A DNA stretch of 64,000 bases, taken from the NCBI RefSeq assembly GCF_009914755.1, contig NC_060932.1, one strand, 5' to 3'. Of the stretch, positions 37,389 to 51,049 are shown piece by piece. Within the stretch, counting starts at the first letter, position 1, and each line of letters starts with the position of its first letter. The translations under genes were made by a program, and so were the position numbers. A model generated the notes under the pieces. It saw only the letters and a program-made list of their open reading frames with translations. It did no database searches and had not been told where the DNA came from. This DNA is from the human T2T-CHM13v2.0 reference genome, Homo sapiens.

Positions 37389-39121
37389 CATGCTCAGTGT
37401 TCATCTTCCTCACCTGATTGTAAGTTCCAGGACAGCCAGACCTTTTTGTGTCTGTATTCACCACTGTATTTCTAGATCATTGTGTTCACTCACTAAACAC
37501 TTGTTGAAAAGAATACAAATATTCTTAATACTGTACCAGTTTAATCCCTCATAATGTCTTGCTGGATCAGTCTAAAAGGTATTTCTTTAAAGCCTTCTGC
37601 ATACTATTCTCTGTCTGGGGTGATGTTCCCACAAATGATTACTTCCTGACCTTCAGGTTTCAGCTGAAACCTCATCTCTTCATGGAGATCTTCTGTCACT
37701 TAGGTGGGTAATTTTCAGTTACTTTACCTTATTTGTTTTCTTCATAGAGCTCATCAAGATTTATAGTTATATATTAAATTTTTCTTTACTTATTTAGTGG
37801 CTACGCTGAGGGAAGGGCTGTGTCACTAGGGCCCAGCCAGGAAGATGCTTTTTGTTTTTTTAGTTTTCCCCAAATAAATAGAAGTTGCATGTGTAAATGT
37901 TTGGTGAATGCCTATCTAAATATATTGTCAGTTTCAGGCTTATGGGCTGTGGTTTTGCATCATGATTATTCTAGTATCAAGCGTGGTTCTTTACACATAT
38001 TAGGAGCTGAAATTTTTATTAAATGAAGGAATGCATAAACAATGTCTTAGAATTATCTAAATCATAGGACTTTTGCAATATCTTATATAAAACTTGCCAT
38101 TTATACTTATTAGCAACAAATCCAAGTGAGATGAGTTGCAAATCTAAGAAAAGAAAACACCAATTACCAAAATTTCAGTGAGTATTAACACCTGGTGTGC
38201 AAGGTGCTATTGAACCTCTGTGAATAAGACAGATCATCTACTACAGTGGTTTTATTATTGTAACTGGGGTGGGTCTTCTCTCTATATTTCAGGAGTGTTA
38301 CTATGAACATAGGATAAGATGATTGACACTCGTTTCCTCATCTATTAAGAATAGTAGCAAATCCAAAATCATCCTTTTTCCAGAGGTCCCCTAGGGCTAC
38401 ATACTCAGAGCCAGACTCCCAGTGCTGCCCTTGGGGAATGGGAAAGTGCCTCAGAGAGGAAATTCTGATGTGCAGAGCCTGCGGTCCCCAGGAGTGCTAA
38501 GGCCCATCCTATTCTGAAGCTCCTGGGCAGAGTCATCAGGTACTCGGGAGCTTGGGAGCTTAGGGGCTGAACTGGGTCTTCTGTTGAAGACATGGTCAGG
38601 TGCATGGTGGGGGTGGGGGTGATGCCTCTTTAAAGAAGTTCTGTCACTTCCCTGGCTACAGGACAGTATCAGAGTGTGGGTCAGGATTGAGGTGCACATC
38701 TACTCTGCCAACTCCCAGGCTCAGAGCCAACAGTCCCAGTCCTGAGGCTGCTCTGATTTTAAACTAAAAAATAGGAAAGGCTTAGTTCTGCTTTTTTTTC
38801 CCCCCACCAAGGACAGTGGGGCCACCTAGTCACACCAATCTTTGTTAAGTAAAATGATTTTTTAGTGATTCCAAGTAGTTTTCTCTCTGGAAAATATGAG
38901 TGATGAGTTGGCGTTTCCAGAGTGACTGCAGGATTCCCACCCCAGTCACCCACCCAGCCTCTTCCAAAGAAGGTAGGACTCATTGTTTCCTTATTCTTTT
39001 ACCCTTTTTAAAAGTATCTTTCTTGCAGAGGCAGAGAGGGGAGAAAGATTTCAAGTTTAATCTGTGTCAGGATGATCCACATATAGTAATATTAGGCAAG
39101 ATGAGATGTTTGCAGATATAG

Positions 39122-39600
39122 CAGTCTCCCTTTCATCTGTGGTTTTAGTTACCCATGGTCAACTGTGATCAGAAAATATAAAATGGGAAGCTCCAGAAAT
39201 AAACAGTTCATAAGTTTTAAATTGCACGTCATTCTGAGTACCCTGAAGAAATCTCATGCTGTCCTGCTTTGTCCCACCCAAGACATGAATTGTCTCTTTC
39301 TCCAGCGTATCCACACGGTAGATGGGACATGCCCATTGGTCATCAATATCACTGAGGCTCAGTGACCCAGGATCATCTGAAGCAGATGATGTCCTTCTGA
39401 TGTAGTATCAGAACTTCAATAGCAACCTAACGCTATGGCACAAAGCCTACATCAGTCACGTCCCCACAGTTTATCATGTAGGCATTATTTCACATCCTCT
39501 CAGGAGGGGTGAGTATAATACGGTAAGATATTTTGAAAGTGGGATCCCATTCATATAACTTTTATTACAATATGTTGTTGTAATTATTTTGTTGTTATAC
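39122..39600 (+). mobile_element. MER44-type (Tigger) DNA transposon, 3'-truncated
   Basis: ttagttacccatggtcaactgtgatcagaaaatataaaatgggaagctccagaaataaacagttcataagttttaaattgcac. Confidence 0.8.
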
Positions 39601-39602
39601 TC

Positions 39603-39848
39603 TTTTTGGGTTTGTTTTGAGATAGGATCTTGCTCTGTTGCCCAGGCTGGAGTGCAGTGGTGCAATCACAGTTCTAATCACCTCTTTGGGTTACTCTTTG
39701 CTGGGTGCTCCCCTGTGTACCTGTGTGATACAAATATTAATGAACTTTTTTTTCTCTTATTAATCTGTCTTTGCCTAGTTCATTTTATAGTCCCCTAAGC
39801 TGAAGAACCTAAGATGAGTGGAGGCAGATAATTTTTTCCTTTCTTATA
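39603..39848. mobile_element. Alu terminal fragment (minus, ~39603-39670) fused to the 3' end of an ERV1 LTR (plus)
   Basis: gagataggatcttgctctgttgcccaggctggagtgcagtggtgcaatcaca, then ttaatctgtctt...gaacctaagatgagtggagg...ttttcctttcttata. Confidence 0.7.
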
Positions 39849-41139
39849 GTGCCATAAAATTAGTAGAAATAGAATAATAACACTTGGCATGAGTTCACAG
39901 GTGGGAGATATCACATTTGCTTGTAGGAACCAGAAAAGTTGTGGAAAAATTGGCTTTGGAACTTCACTCAGAGATCAGGACAGGGCTTGGCCATGCAGCA
40001 ATATGGCAGAGAGTGGAGAGAAAGCATGGGGCATGATTGTGGTGAAAGAAATGGAAAGTTAGTGCTAGAACCAGCTCATAGATATCGTTGACTAGTCAAC
40101 TAAGGAGATTTGGCTTTAGTTAGGAAAAAGAATTTTAAGCAGAGCTATGGTATGTGTGTAGAAATGATGGATTGAGGAGCATAGTTGGAAACTTAAAATA
40201 TTCCCGGAGGGAAGTTAATGAGAGCTTGATTTAAAGTAGAAGCAGTGGGAAAGGAGAGGAAAAAGATGGACAGGAGTGAAGGAGGCACAGCAATGGACGT
40301 AAGGAGGGCAGAGTCAAAACAGCAGGTGGCTCCTCATGGAAAGATCAGCTGGGGGCACAGTGGACTCACCCCAGGGATTCAGATTCCTGTTCTGTCCCAG
40401 GGAACAACTGTTTAACATCTCCTGAAAAGTTCCTGAATTTTCAGAGTCAGAGTATAATTTACTCAGAGCCCATGAGCTTTCCTTCTGCCAGGTGCAATGT
40501 CTTTTGCCCAACAAACAAGAATTTCCTTTGATGCATTTATCCTTATGAATTATGTTTGTCCATTTCCATAATTAGGAAAATAATAACTCTTGACATGAAG
40601 CTGGTCTTTAGAGACTTTAAGTAGTTTTCATATACTTGTTCTCATTTTATCCTAATCAAAGCATGCCATGAGGAAGGCTTTGGTGCCCTTTTATAGGTGA
40701 GAGGCAGTGTACATTGTGTAGTTGTCATCGATATTATTGGTTAAACTAAAAAGTAGTAACAAAATGCCACCTGTGAGTAGCTGCAGCAAACTCATGAATG
40801 TGAATCCCCATGGGTACACGTGGGCAGCTGTAGTTTTAAAGAACATGAGGCAAGAACCATAAATACGTTGTTTCACAGCCCAGGTTCTATGGGCAGACTA
40901 GAAATAAACTCCTTTGCAACCAGTTAGCAGCAGCATAACCTTGGGCAAGTTACTTAGCTTTTCTGAGCTTTAGTTTCCTCATCTACATAGTGGGGTTACA
41001 TGACATCATCATTCGATGAAAAAAATACTCGTGTCAGCAACAGCTCACACACTGCATTTCTGATTTGGTAAGTGCCAGGCATTCAACATTCTCTAAGTTT
41101 TGCATGCAATATCTCAGGTAATCCTTGATATGGTACCTT

Positions 41140-42125
<986 letters not shown>

Positions 42126-43453
42126 AAAATAGCCCTGGAACAGATAATCGTATCATTTTATAGAGAAGAAAATTAGAGGCCTTTGGAATATTAATTTGTC
42201 TAGATTACAAAGTTAGTACATGGCAAAACTGAGATTTAAATCTGTTTTCTGATACTAGATTGAAGATTTTAACCATTATTCTATACCATCTTTGTGTATG
42301 GAAAGTACTTAACATGGTGTCTGGAATTCAGTAAATATCAAATGTATTTTACTACTACTACTACTATTATTCTCAAGTCAAATTACAACTTCAGTGGCAC
42401 AATAGATGTATTCTATGAACTATTTAATGTTTTTGGACCTAAGGCTCCTCTCCAGTCTACACCAGTCTAAATGTAATTTAATGTTATGGACGTAAGATTT
42501 AAGTAAATATTGACAGAGCAGAATCAGGGTGAAACCAAGTGTTTGAAGTTTTAGTATTAAGATACAAAATGGACTTTAGAATGGATTAGAAGGTTAAGAG
42601 AGAAAGCTGATAAGGAGACCTGAAAAGAAGGAGGAAGGGAAGGGAGGACCAGAAAAAGTACATTATTTGTGTTAGTATTTTTGTCACTTTTCCCAATGAA
42701 TGAAAAAGCAGTGGCTGCCATGGAGCCTATACGACAGAGAACAATGATCTCACCACTGCCAGGATGGCCTGTAAGCCAGCCATCTACCCTGCAGACTGAC
42801 TGAGGGGACAGCATGAATTGCATATAAAATTCATATATGCCAATAGCTACCAGAACTGTGTGAGGCAGCCAGGACAGGACCCCTGGAGACAGAACAGCAG
42901 ACATTCTTGCTTAAAAGGGCAACACGGAATGCTGCAGCATTCTTGCTAAAGGGCTATATACCACAAGGGTCTGTGGAGTGGCTCGATAGAAACAATGGAC
43001 TGAAGCTGCCAGGCTGGAGAGAAACCTTGGCTTGTGAAAAGGAGAAGGCTATGGCTTCCACCAGAGGCAGGATGAAATCCTTGGCTGGAAGTTCTTCCGA
43101 GGGCTTAAACTTGATGTCAGTCAGCACAGGGTACTATGTGGGGGTGGCATCCATGAGTGCAGGAGATTTTATAGCACCTTCCTCTTGCCTCAAAGGGATT
43201 GCTAATCTGAAGAGTGCCAATGACCAGGTACTTAATGCCATCGAGGTTCAGTATCTGTGCCTTATTCTCTAATTTCTACTATGTTCAAATATCTGCATCG
43301 AACCACATTCTAAATTAAGCCAGACCTCCAAGTTGTATCTGTTTTACCTGTATCACTTGCTGATCCATCCTGAAATGTCCAGAGCACTTGGCTTTCCCAG
43401 GAAGCATCATTCTTCTGGGTCATGCTCAAGACAGTGGTACTTTTCAGACCTAT

Positions 43454-43503
43454 CTCTGCCTGACAAAAGTAAACTTTCCTCTGCCTGACAAAAGTAAACT
43501 TTC
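43454..43503. repeat. Perfect 25-bp tandem duplication
   Basis: ctctgcctgacaaaagtaaactttc x2. Confidence 0.95.
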
Positions 43504-44489
43504 TTAAAGAAAACTGACGCCAGACAAAGATTGAACTTCATTGAATATGGTTAGTCATTCCAAAAATATAGTTGAATCCATATTTAAAGAGTTCATAATA
43601 ATATATGTATACTATGCTATTTGGACATGGTTTTTTAAATGGAATTTAAATTAACCAGAAGATTATAGATATGTCTATATACAAACAAATTTGATTTGCC
43701 TGGTAAAACAAGTGTCATGTTTTGTTTCACTGAACTATCCAATAGTTTGGTTGATTTTACTGAATGAATGTGTCATTTTTGTGCTGTTTTGGCTGTAGAA
43801 GTTGTTTCATATAGGCTGTGGACACAGTGTACATTAAGCCATGTTGGTCCAAATAAGCAAAGAATGTGGTTGCTAGACTCATGGAGTTCACATTGTTTTG
43901 TGTTTTAGTCAATATTGTTCATACTTAGAACATTTAAATGTGCAGAACCCTTCACTGTAAAGCCTTTTCACATGCTGAATTTCAATGAAAAAAAAAAATG
44001 CAAGTGCTTTTTAATGATCCAGATGGGCAATCTAACAGCTAACGTTTTACAAGGGATAGCATACAACTTTGTGCCTCTTCTTCCACTTTCTTTCAATGCT
44101 ACTTTCAAATACGCAATTTGTGCTGTAGAAAATACTGCAAATTTTTAGCAAGTTTTGAGTGAAAACAGAGTTATAATAGAAACCATTATGCATGCCTCTG
44201 CTGCTGAGATCAGACCTCATGTTTTTGTAGTCACCCATTGTTAATGCAGCAGGAGAGCCCTATCCTGGATTCTTTGTGTCTCCAAACTACTTTATTTCCT
44301 TTCTTCTCACCATCAGAGAATGTTTCCTTTTTCCCTATGTCTCAGAGCGCATGAGACTCTATGAGTCCTTTTGGCTCTATTTCTTGCTATTTATCTTATT
44401 ACTTTTTCTGTTTAAATTCTCATATTCTTTCTGCTTCTGTATAAACAAGGCTGGATTTGCTATTAAATCAAAAGCTGAGGGAAGGATAG

Positions 44490-44700
44490 TTAATTATTTC
44501 TGAACACCTGTTATGTGCCCAGCAGTATAGGGCTTTGCATACTTTATTTACAATAAAATAACTATATGCACATGGTATTAAATCCACATTTAAAGTTGCA
44601 GATACTGAAGCACAGGGATTAAGCAAAATGCCTAAGATCATGCTGCCAGTATGTAGCAAAGCTCATGGAAGACATCAGGACTGTTGCCTACCAAAGTCTT
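44490..44700 (-). mobile_element. MIR
   Basis: gcagatactgaagcacagggattaagcaaaatgcctaagatcatg. Confidence 0.65.
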
Positions 44701-44991
44701 TCCTCTTCTTTATTATGCTATGGTCTGTCTACCAGGTCTAGCTTATGGTGGGGTCACCTTCCCAGGCATGGGACACTCATTTTCCAGTGACAACCATGAA
44801 ACTTTTACCATAGGATAGATTTCCTTGATTTTGCTCCCTTTTCTTTTGCTAGCCTGTCTGGGAACCAGAACTCTAACTGTGAACCTACTAGACTTAACAC
44901 TCTTGTCTATCTTCAAAGACTCTGCTTTTTGCACCCAGTTATACTTCCTATCAGCATGATCAGTCAGTTATTACCTGCCCCTGCCCACCAA

Positions 44992-45079
44992 GCACCAAAG
45001 ACTACAATAAAGTGCTTCAGTGGCTGAATTTCTTGGCACCAAAGACTACAATAAAGTGCTTCAGTGGCTGAATTTCTTG
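44992..45079. repeat. Perfect 44-bp tandem duplication
   Basis: gcaccaaagactacaataaagtgcttcagtggctgaatttcttg x2. Confidence 0.95.
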
Positions 45080-46814
45080 GAAATGATTTACCTTAAATAT
45101 ACCTCAGTTGCTCTTTTCTAAGCTGTTCTTCCACAGGAAGTATCAGTAAGAATACAGTTGCAAGAAACAAAAGTGGCTCCCTCCACCACAGTAAAGGGTA
45201 GGAATCACAAGGCTACAACAGTGGACTCCACAACTGCTGCTGCGCATCCCTGTGGCAGTGATTGGGCACTGGAGCACCATTTCAGAAAGACCCAATGTCT
45301 CTGGCTATGGCTGTCCACAGAAGACAGCAATGAAGTAGATCATTGCCCTCCAACCCACTTCTGTTTTCTGCATCTTGCATGAGTGGATCTCATGCGTGGA
45401 ACCTGCTTGGCATCTAGAATCCTAGCTGCAAGGGAGTTTGAAATATAATTTTTTAGTTTTTCAGTATTTGCAACTCAAAAACATACTTTAGAAAGTAGAG
45501 GGAACAGAACACCGGTAAGCCAATTCTTATTTGCCAGAGGGGTATTCAGTAAACATTAGACGTGTTTTGTATTAAAATGAGGAGAATTTTAGGTAAATAG
45601 TTATAATAATGTGAATAAAACAACACTAAAACACACCAACTGGATAATTGGTGTCGTATCCTACTGGATGGGTGTTAATATTTGTGTTTTTTTGTTATAG
45701 TATTTGACAAAAAGTTTTCTTAAATTCATAAATGATCTCTTAAGTGGAGGGAATTTGTCTTAATCACCTTGACTCCATGTAGAGTGACTCAAAGTGTAGA
45801 AAGTAAGGTCTACCATCTTTATAGTATGGAGAAACTGAAAAGAATGGAAGTATATCTTGTTGAAAACTGCTAGACTTGTGTTATATCTCGGATTAAACCA
45901 AGAAACCATCAGTAGTTCAGGGAATATAAAAGTAACTCAAAGCAAGCTAATCAAGAATACAGAAGACAAATTAATATTGGAAATACCAAGTAACAACAAC
46001 AAAAGGCTGAGGTTACTTATGTAAAAGTGAAAAACTTTTCTAAAGATTTCAGAAATGGTAACATTAATGACCTAATTAAAATTGGCAACATGAAAGCTAA
46101 TATGTAAAGGTCTTTAAATTAGGCCCGAAGCTAAGTGCTCCTTAATCAATTTTTGCCAGAAACAAGTTATTGGAATAACAAGGACATATACCTCATAAGG
46201 GAGATTTTTTTTCTTGGAATTATTTTTAATTGGACTCTAAACTAGCCATCTCAAACAGTTTTGTTAAAAAATAAATGTATAAAGCAGAGTGCAAGAGACA
46301 AAACATTAATCTTTGAAGAAGTTAGCTTTTGAGAACTGAAATCTAAATATAATACCAACTTTTGTTATCTGTATAAGGTGAGATTCTATTTTGGTTCCTT
46401 TTTCTTGTCTACTTCCTAAGGCTAACTATTCTGATCCATTTTTTAAAAGCACTTTAAAAAATGTTTTTATTTTAATTTCTTTTTAGACATAAATGATTTA
46501 ATTTTATTTCCCATAAGCCTATTTCATTAAATTTGATCCTGGAAATTTGATTTTTAAAAATATATGATGTATATGAATACAAATGCTAAGCTTGTTGTAG
46601 TTGATTTCATTTACCTTCACAAACTCGTGAAAGTGTTTCAATAGATTAATTATGCAATTATATGTCCCCATTTGAATGATACTATGTCTGAAATCAAAAC
46701 AATCTGCATTCTAGACATTTAAAAATAAATGCAAAGTTATTACTATCAAAAGTAGCTGGCAGAATTGCTTATTTCCAATAGAGTTACAAGAGAAGCCTGG
46801 TTTACTTAACAGGA

Positions 46815-47050
46815 TTCTTAGGTTATGTTCCCTAAAAGCAGAGCCTGAGACAAGGATTTAGATGCAGATTTGTTGAGGGAGTGTTCTTCAGGAAAAAAAC
46901 TCTGTAAGAGAGGAAGTGAAGCAGGAGAGGGAAGGTGAATTAGAGGGGAAAGGGCAATGCCCTGTGGGTTGAGGCAGCTCCCATCAGCTGAGGACAGTTC
47001 CTGGAGAAGGGAGGGAATCATACTCATAGGAGCTGGGAGAGGGTGCACTG
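46815..47050 (-). mobile_element. Old ERVL LTR fragment (LTR16/LTR33-like)
   Basis: ttaggttatgttccctaaaagcagagcctgagacaaggattt...gagggagtgttcttcagg. Confidence 0.55.
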
Positions 47051-48280
47051 CCTCACAATGCAGACAGGGGTTATGGATTACATGCTATTGCAATAGACAA
47101 AAAAGACCTTCAATTGGCATAGCAGACAACAGCCATGATAGTTGCTTCCTTCTGGCTCAGTCTAACATGAACTAAATTGTCAGCAATGGCTGCAGAGTGG
47201 GTAGGTCTGGATGCTTATTTTTCTACCATGGGATTATCAAAACCATATATGGCTTGATAGGGTAGGCCTCAGAAAAAGATCAATTGGTACCTATGTTGAG
47301 CAATGAGTTATGATAAGACTAGGTTTCAAAGATGAGCTAGGACAATCAGATTTCTTAATTTGGATATTTGAAGTAGGCTATATTGGAAGCAGAAGCTGAG
47401 AAGCCATGATGACCTAATGTACAGGCTGGAGTTCTGAGGGAGGCAGATACTATGAGTTAGCAGCAACCTCGAGGTGGAAAAATGGCAAGCAGACAGCACA
47501 GAGCGAAAAGGCCAATTGTTGGAGAAACGGAGAATGGGAAACAAAGCAGAAACCTGAAGGGGAGTTGAATTACATTAGTAGAGCATTGGACCAAAGAACT
47601 ACAAAGTCCTGATGGTGAAATACTTTTGTTTTTTCAAGTAGGAGGGAAGATGTCAAAGAGCATGCTCAAGAAACACTAGACTGGATTGATGTGTGATTGT
47701 TCTCTGGGGAGGGTAGATACGGTTATTTGCATGACGTAGTTTTTTCAATCACTAAAATGCATCTGGTATGCCTTAAAGTGGAATTGTTTTGTGTTGATGA
47801 TAACCAGGGAATCCTGGAGGCCAGGATGCTTCTTCCAAAAGGAGAATGGTAAAGAAGGGAACTTTGAAAAAGACAGATTCAAAAGCAGAATTTTAAAGTT
47901 ATAAGTAGTAGATTGTGTGATGTAAACCTATTTAATAGTGATTTTATTTTTTTATTTGCAGAAGTGTAATTTGACCATGGGGCGGAGGGAACGGTTGACA
48001 TTTGGATTACACAATATTGTTTGGTAAATGCCCTGAGAGAGGTATAGAGGTGTGCAAGAATTCCAAGTGAAATCACAGGAAAGGTGCTTGCCAATCTAAT
48101 TTCTACAGAAGCAAAAACCAGAGAGAGACTCACAGGATGGCCAGGGGTTGGTTTGGTGAAGAGGAGGAGAGCTCAGGTCATTGATTGGGACAATGGTGAA
48201 AAATGTTGGACTTGATTGTGTCAAGGGTCTTGCTAGCTTTGAGTCCGTGACTTTTTAATGGTGCTCTTCTTGAATGTAAG

Positions 48281-48360
48281 ATCTTAGGAATATTAGTCTC
48301 CTTTAGCAGGGGGAGAGAGAATCTTAGGAATATTAATCTCCTTTAGCAGGGGGAAAGAGA
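48281..48360. repeat. 40-bp tandem duplication (2 mismatches)
   Basis: atcttaggaatatta(g/a)tctcctttagcaggggga(g/a)agaga x2. Confidence 0.93.
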
Positions 48361-51049
48361 GTCTTTCCTGCCCTGGCTCAGGGTGTAGTGAGGAGAGTCA
48401 TTTCTACTAGGCTATAGTGTGTCTAAACCAGTGCGTAGGGAGGGCGAGAACCCAGTTATCACAATCCATCCTGTGTCACTTGTGAGAATATCCTGTAAGT
48501 GCTATTAAACATAAAAGTTTTTAAGTTAAGAGGAGTGGTAAGCTCTCTAGAAATTGTTGTATCTTCATTAGCATTTAAATGATCAAATATTTGACCCAAG
48601 AAGCATCATGTGTACATGCCTGTGTACAAGTGTTTATGTGTGAAAACATACCCACAAACCCATTTTTATGAGGTCAAGAGAATCTTAGACACACTTGATT
48701 GTTTTTGCATTTGCTCTTTGCATTTAAGCTTTGATCAATTGATTTCCTGAATATGGCATTAAAACAGGTTTCAAGATAATGAAGACTACAAAACATATCA
48801 TAAAATGAAATAATAAAACAACAAAAAAATGGGTAGATTGAGAACAATCTCATAGCATAAAGAGCCCTCATCGTATTTGGTGGTAGTATTTTTTTGTGGG
48901 CATCTAATTCTATGATTAGAGAACATTTAATATAAATTCAGCAGAAACATCTGCTGATCTCATCAGTGATTACCTAGCTATGAAATTCTTGGATTCCTCT
49001 TGAAAGCACCGTGTAAGTCTACTACAGATATTTCTTCCATCCTAGATTCTGAAGAATATCTAGGAGATAATTTCACAGTTTCTGGTGCTAACAGTGCTAA
49101 ATCATAGATACTTAGAGAATTTAATTTTAAGTGGAAATTTTCGTCTGTTCTGTTGTCAAAAATGAAATACAACCACTACAAGAAAAAGTATTAATGAGAT
49201 CAGTTCAAGGTCAAAACTTCAATGGAATTTTCTAAAAATCAAAACAGGGTGCCCCTAATGTGATAATATGTACTTACAAACAGAGCTTTGTGGTTTATGC
49301 CATCAACCGCTTTGCAAAATCTTGCCAATAGTTTTATTGCCATAAAAATTGGAGAGTTGATCAGTGGGTTACTTAAAGCTGTAATCTTAGCCTTTAGTGG
49401 ATTTATTTAAATCTAATTTAAATGGAGTTCCTTAATATTTATTTTAACAAAAGTTTACTTAGAAATTTAAGATTGGAAAATAGTTTCAAATGAGTACTGC
49501 TGGAACTAAAAGTAGTTGGATATGTGGCGTTTTTCCAAGGTGGTCAGATTTCCCTCAAGGCCAATTTGTCATTGATGAAGCATCTGTCCAAAATCATTCA
49601 TCTGTGTTTTGAGAACCTAGGATCAATCAAACTCTCTGTTTGGATAGTCAACTATTGTTTTCTGAGTAAAGATGGATGATGATAGGTGAATGTAATATTT
49701 TAGGTTTAACTTTAATGATGTCTGTTTTTTTTTCTGGAATTAGAAAAATACCAGGGTGGTATTTTGGACTTTTGCCTTATCTCACAATTAAGTGCTTATT
49801 GGAAACTCAGAAAAGAAAACAGTTGAAGGGTATTTAGAAGTCATATGAATTTCTTCATTTTGCGCTAATGGCACTTTTTAATGTGATTGTTGTTTGAATA
49901 TACTGGTAATGATGGAGCTGGATATTTATGAAAATAAACACTGAAGATTAGTCTATTTTGAAACCTTTTTTGAGGCACCAAAACCATAGTGTCATTCTAC
50001 TGTTGCCACATACTCTATATCACCTAGATCATCTTCCCTGTTTTAGCCACAGACATACATGAAGAATACTGTGCTAATATATGCATAAACTGAAAGTTTT
50101 AGCCTTCACCAATAAAGGATATATAACTTTAAAATGGAATCTCTAGAAAAAGATAGGTACTATAGATTAAGCTTTTTACTTAACTATTTGTTCATTTATT
50201 TACTAAACGTTACTTGAACACCTGCTCAGTTTACATTGCATTATATTTATGTGTTTAATGATCTGTCTCTTACCAGACTGTGAGAAACTTCTATTCCAGT
50301 GGCTGGATTAATGGCTAATATTTAGTAAACTTTGTATACACATGTGACAAATAAATGAATGTAAGTATTCAGAAATGATTTTTTAAAACGAAGGGAAGAG
50401 AGACACAACATTTTTAGCATGTAGTATATAGTTTATGTTAGATTATTTGTTAATCAATTCAAGCATATTATCTTCTTTGTTTTATTCAATTATTACAGTA
50501 ATCATTTGAGGAAGTAGGAACATAATTGAACAAGTCACTGAATCTTTGATTCTAAGTCATTGGACTGGGAAGTCAGGGCTGGGAGTTGAACTTATGTCTG
50601 TATGATCCCAGGGTTTGTGTGCTTAGATTGCAACAGTTGGCTGCCACACACAAACTCTTACCACTTTACCAGGTTAAATAAGAAAGAACTTATTTGACTA
50701 CTGTTTACACTAAAAAGGAATTCTAGTAAATTTCAAAATTGATATTTTCTTTCTTTTCCAGTAGCCACTATTATGTATCCTTCTTAAAATTGAGATGGAA
50801 GAACAGTAAGGGTTGTTATTATAAAAGTTCCAATCAATTAAAAAGGATACAAAGCATACCTTTTGATAGTAAATATATGAAAATAAGGAAATATTTGAAA
50901 TTTGTATGCTTGGATACCTAGAAGCATCAGAACACAAAAATGATTAAAATTTGGGTGAATTAACTTAAGTGGCTAGATGTATAACATGCAAAACAGCAGT
51001 ATGTTGTATGGGAAGCTATTAGATTTGAGAATAGGTCTGGCATAATCCC

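Noticed and set aside
42907-43272. 121-aa plus-strand ORF in unique-looking sequence
   Set aside because: Non-ATG start, no recognisable domain, no splice or poly(A) context.
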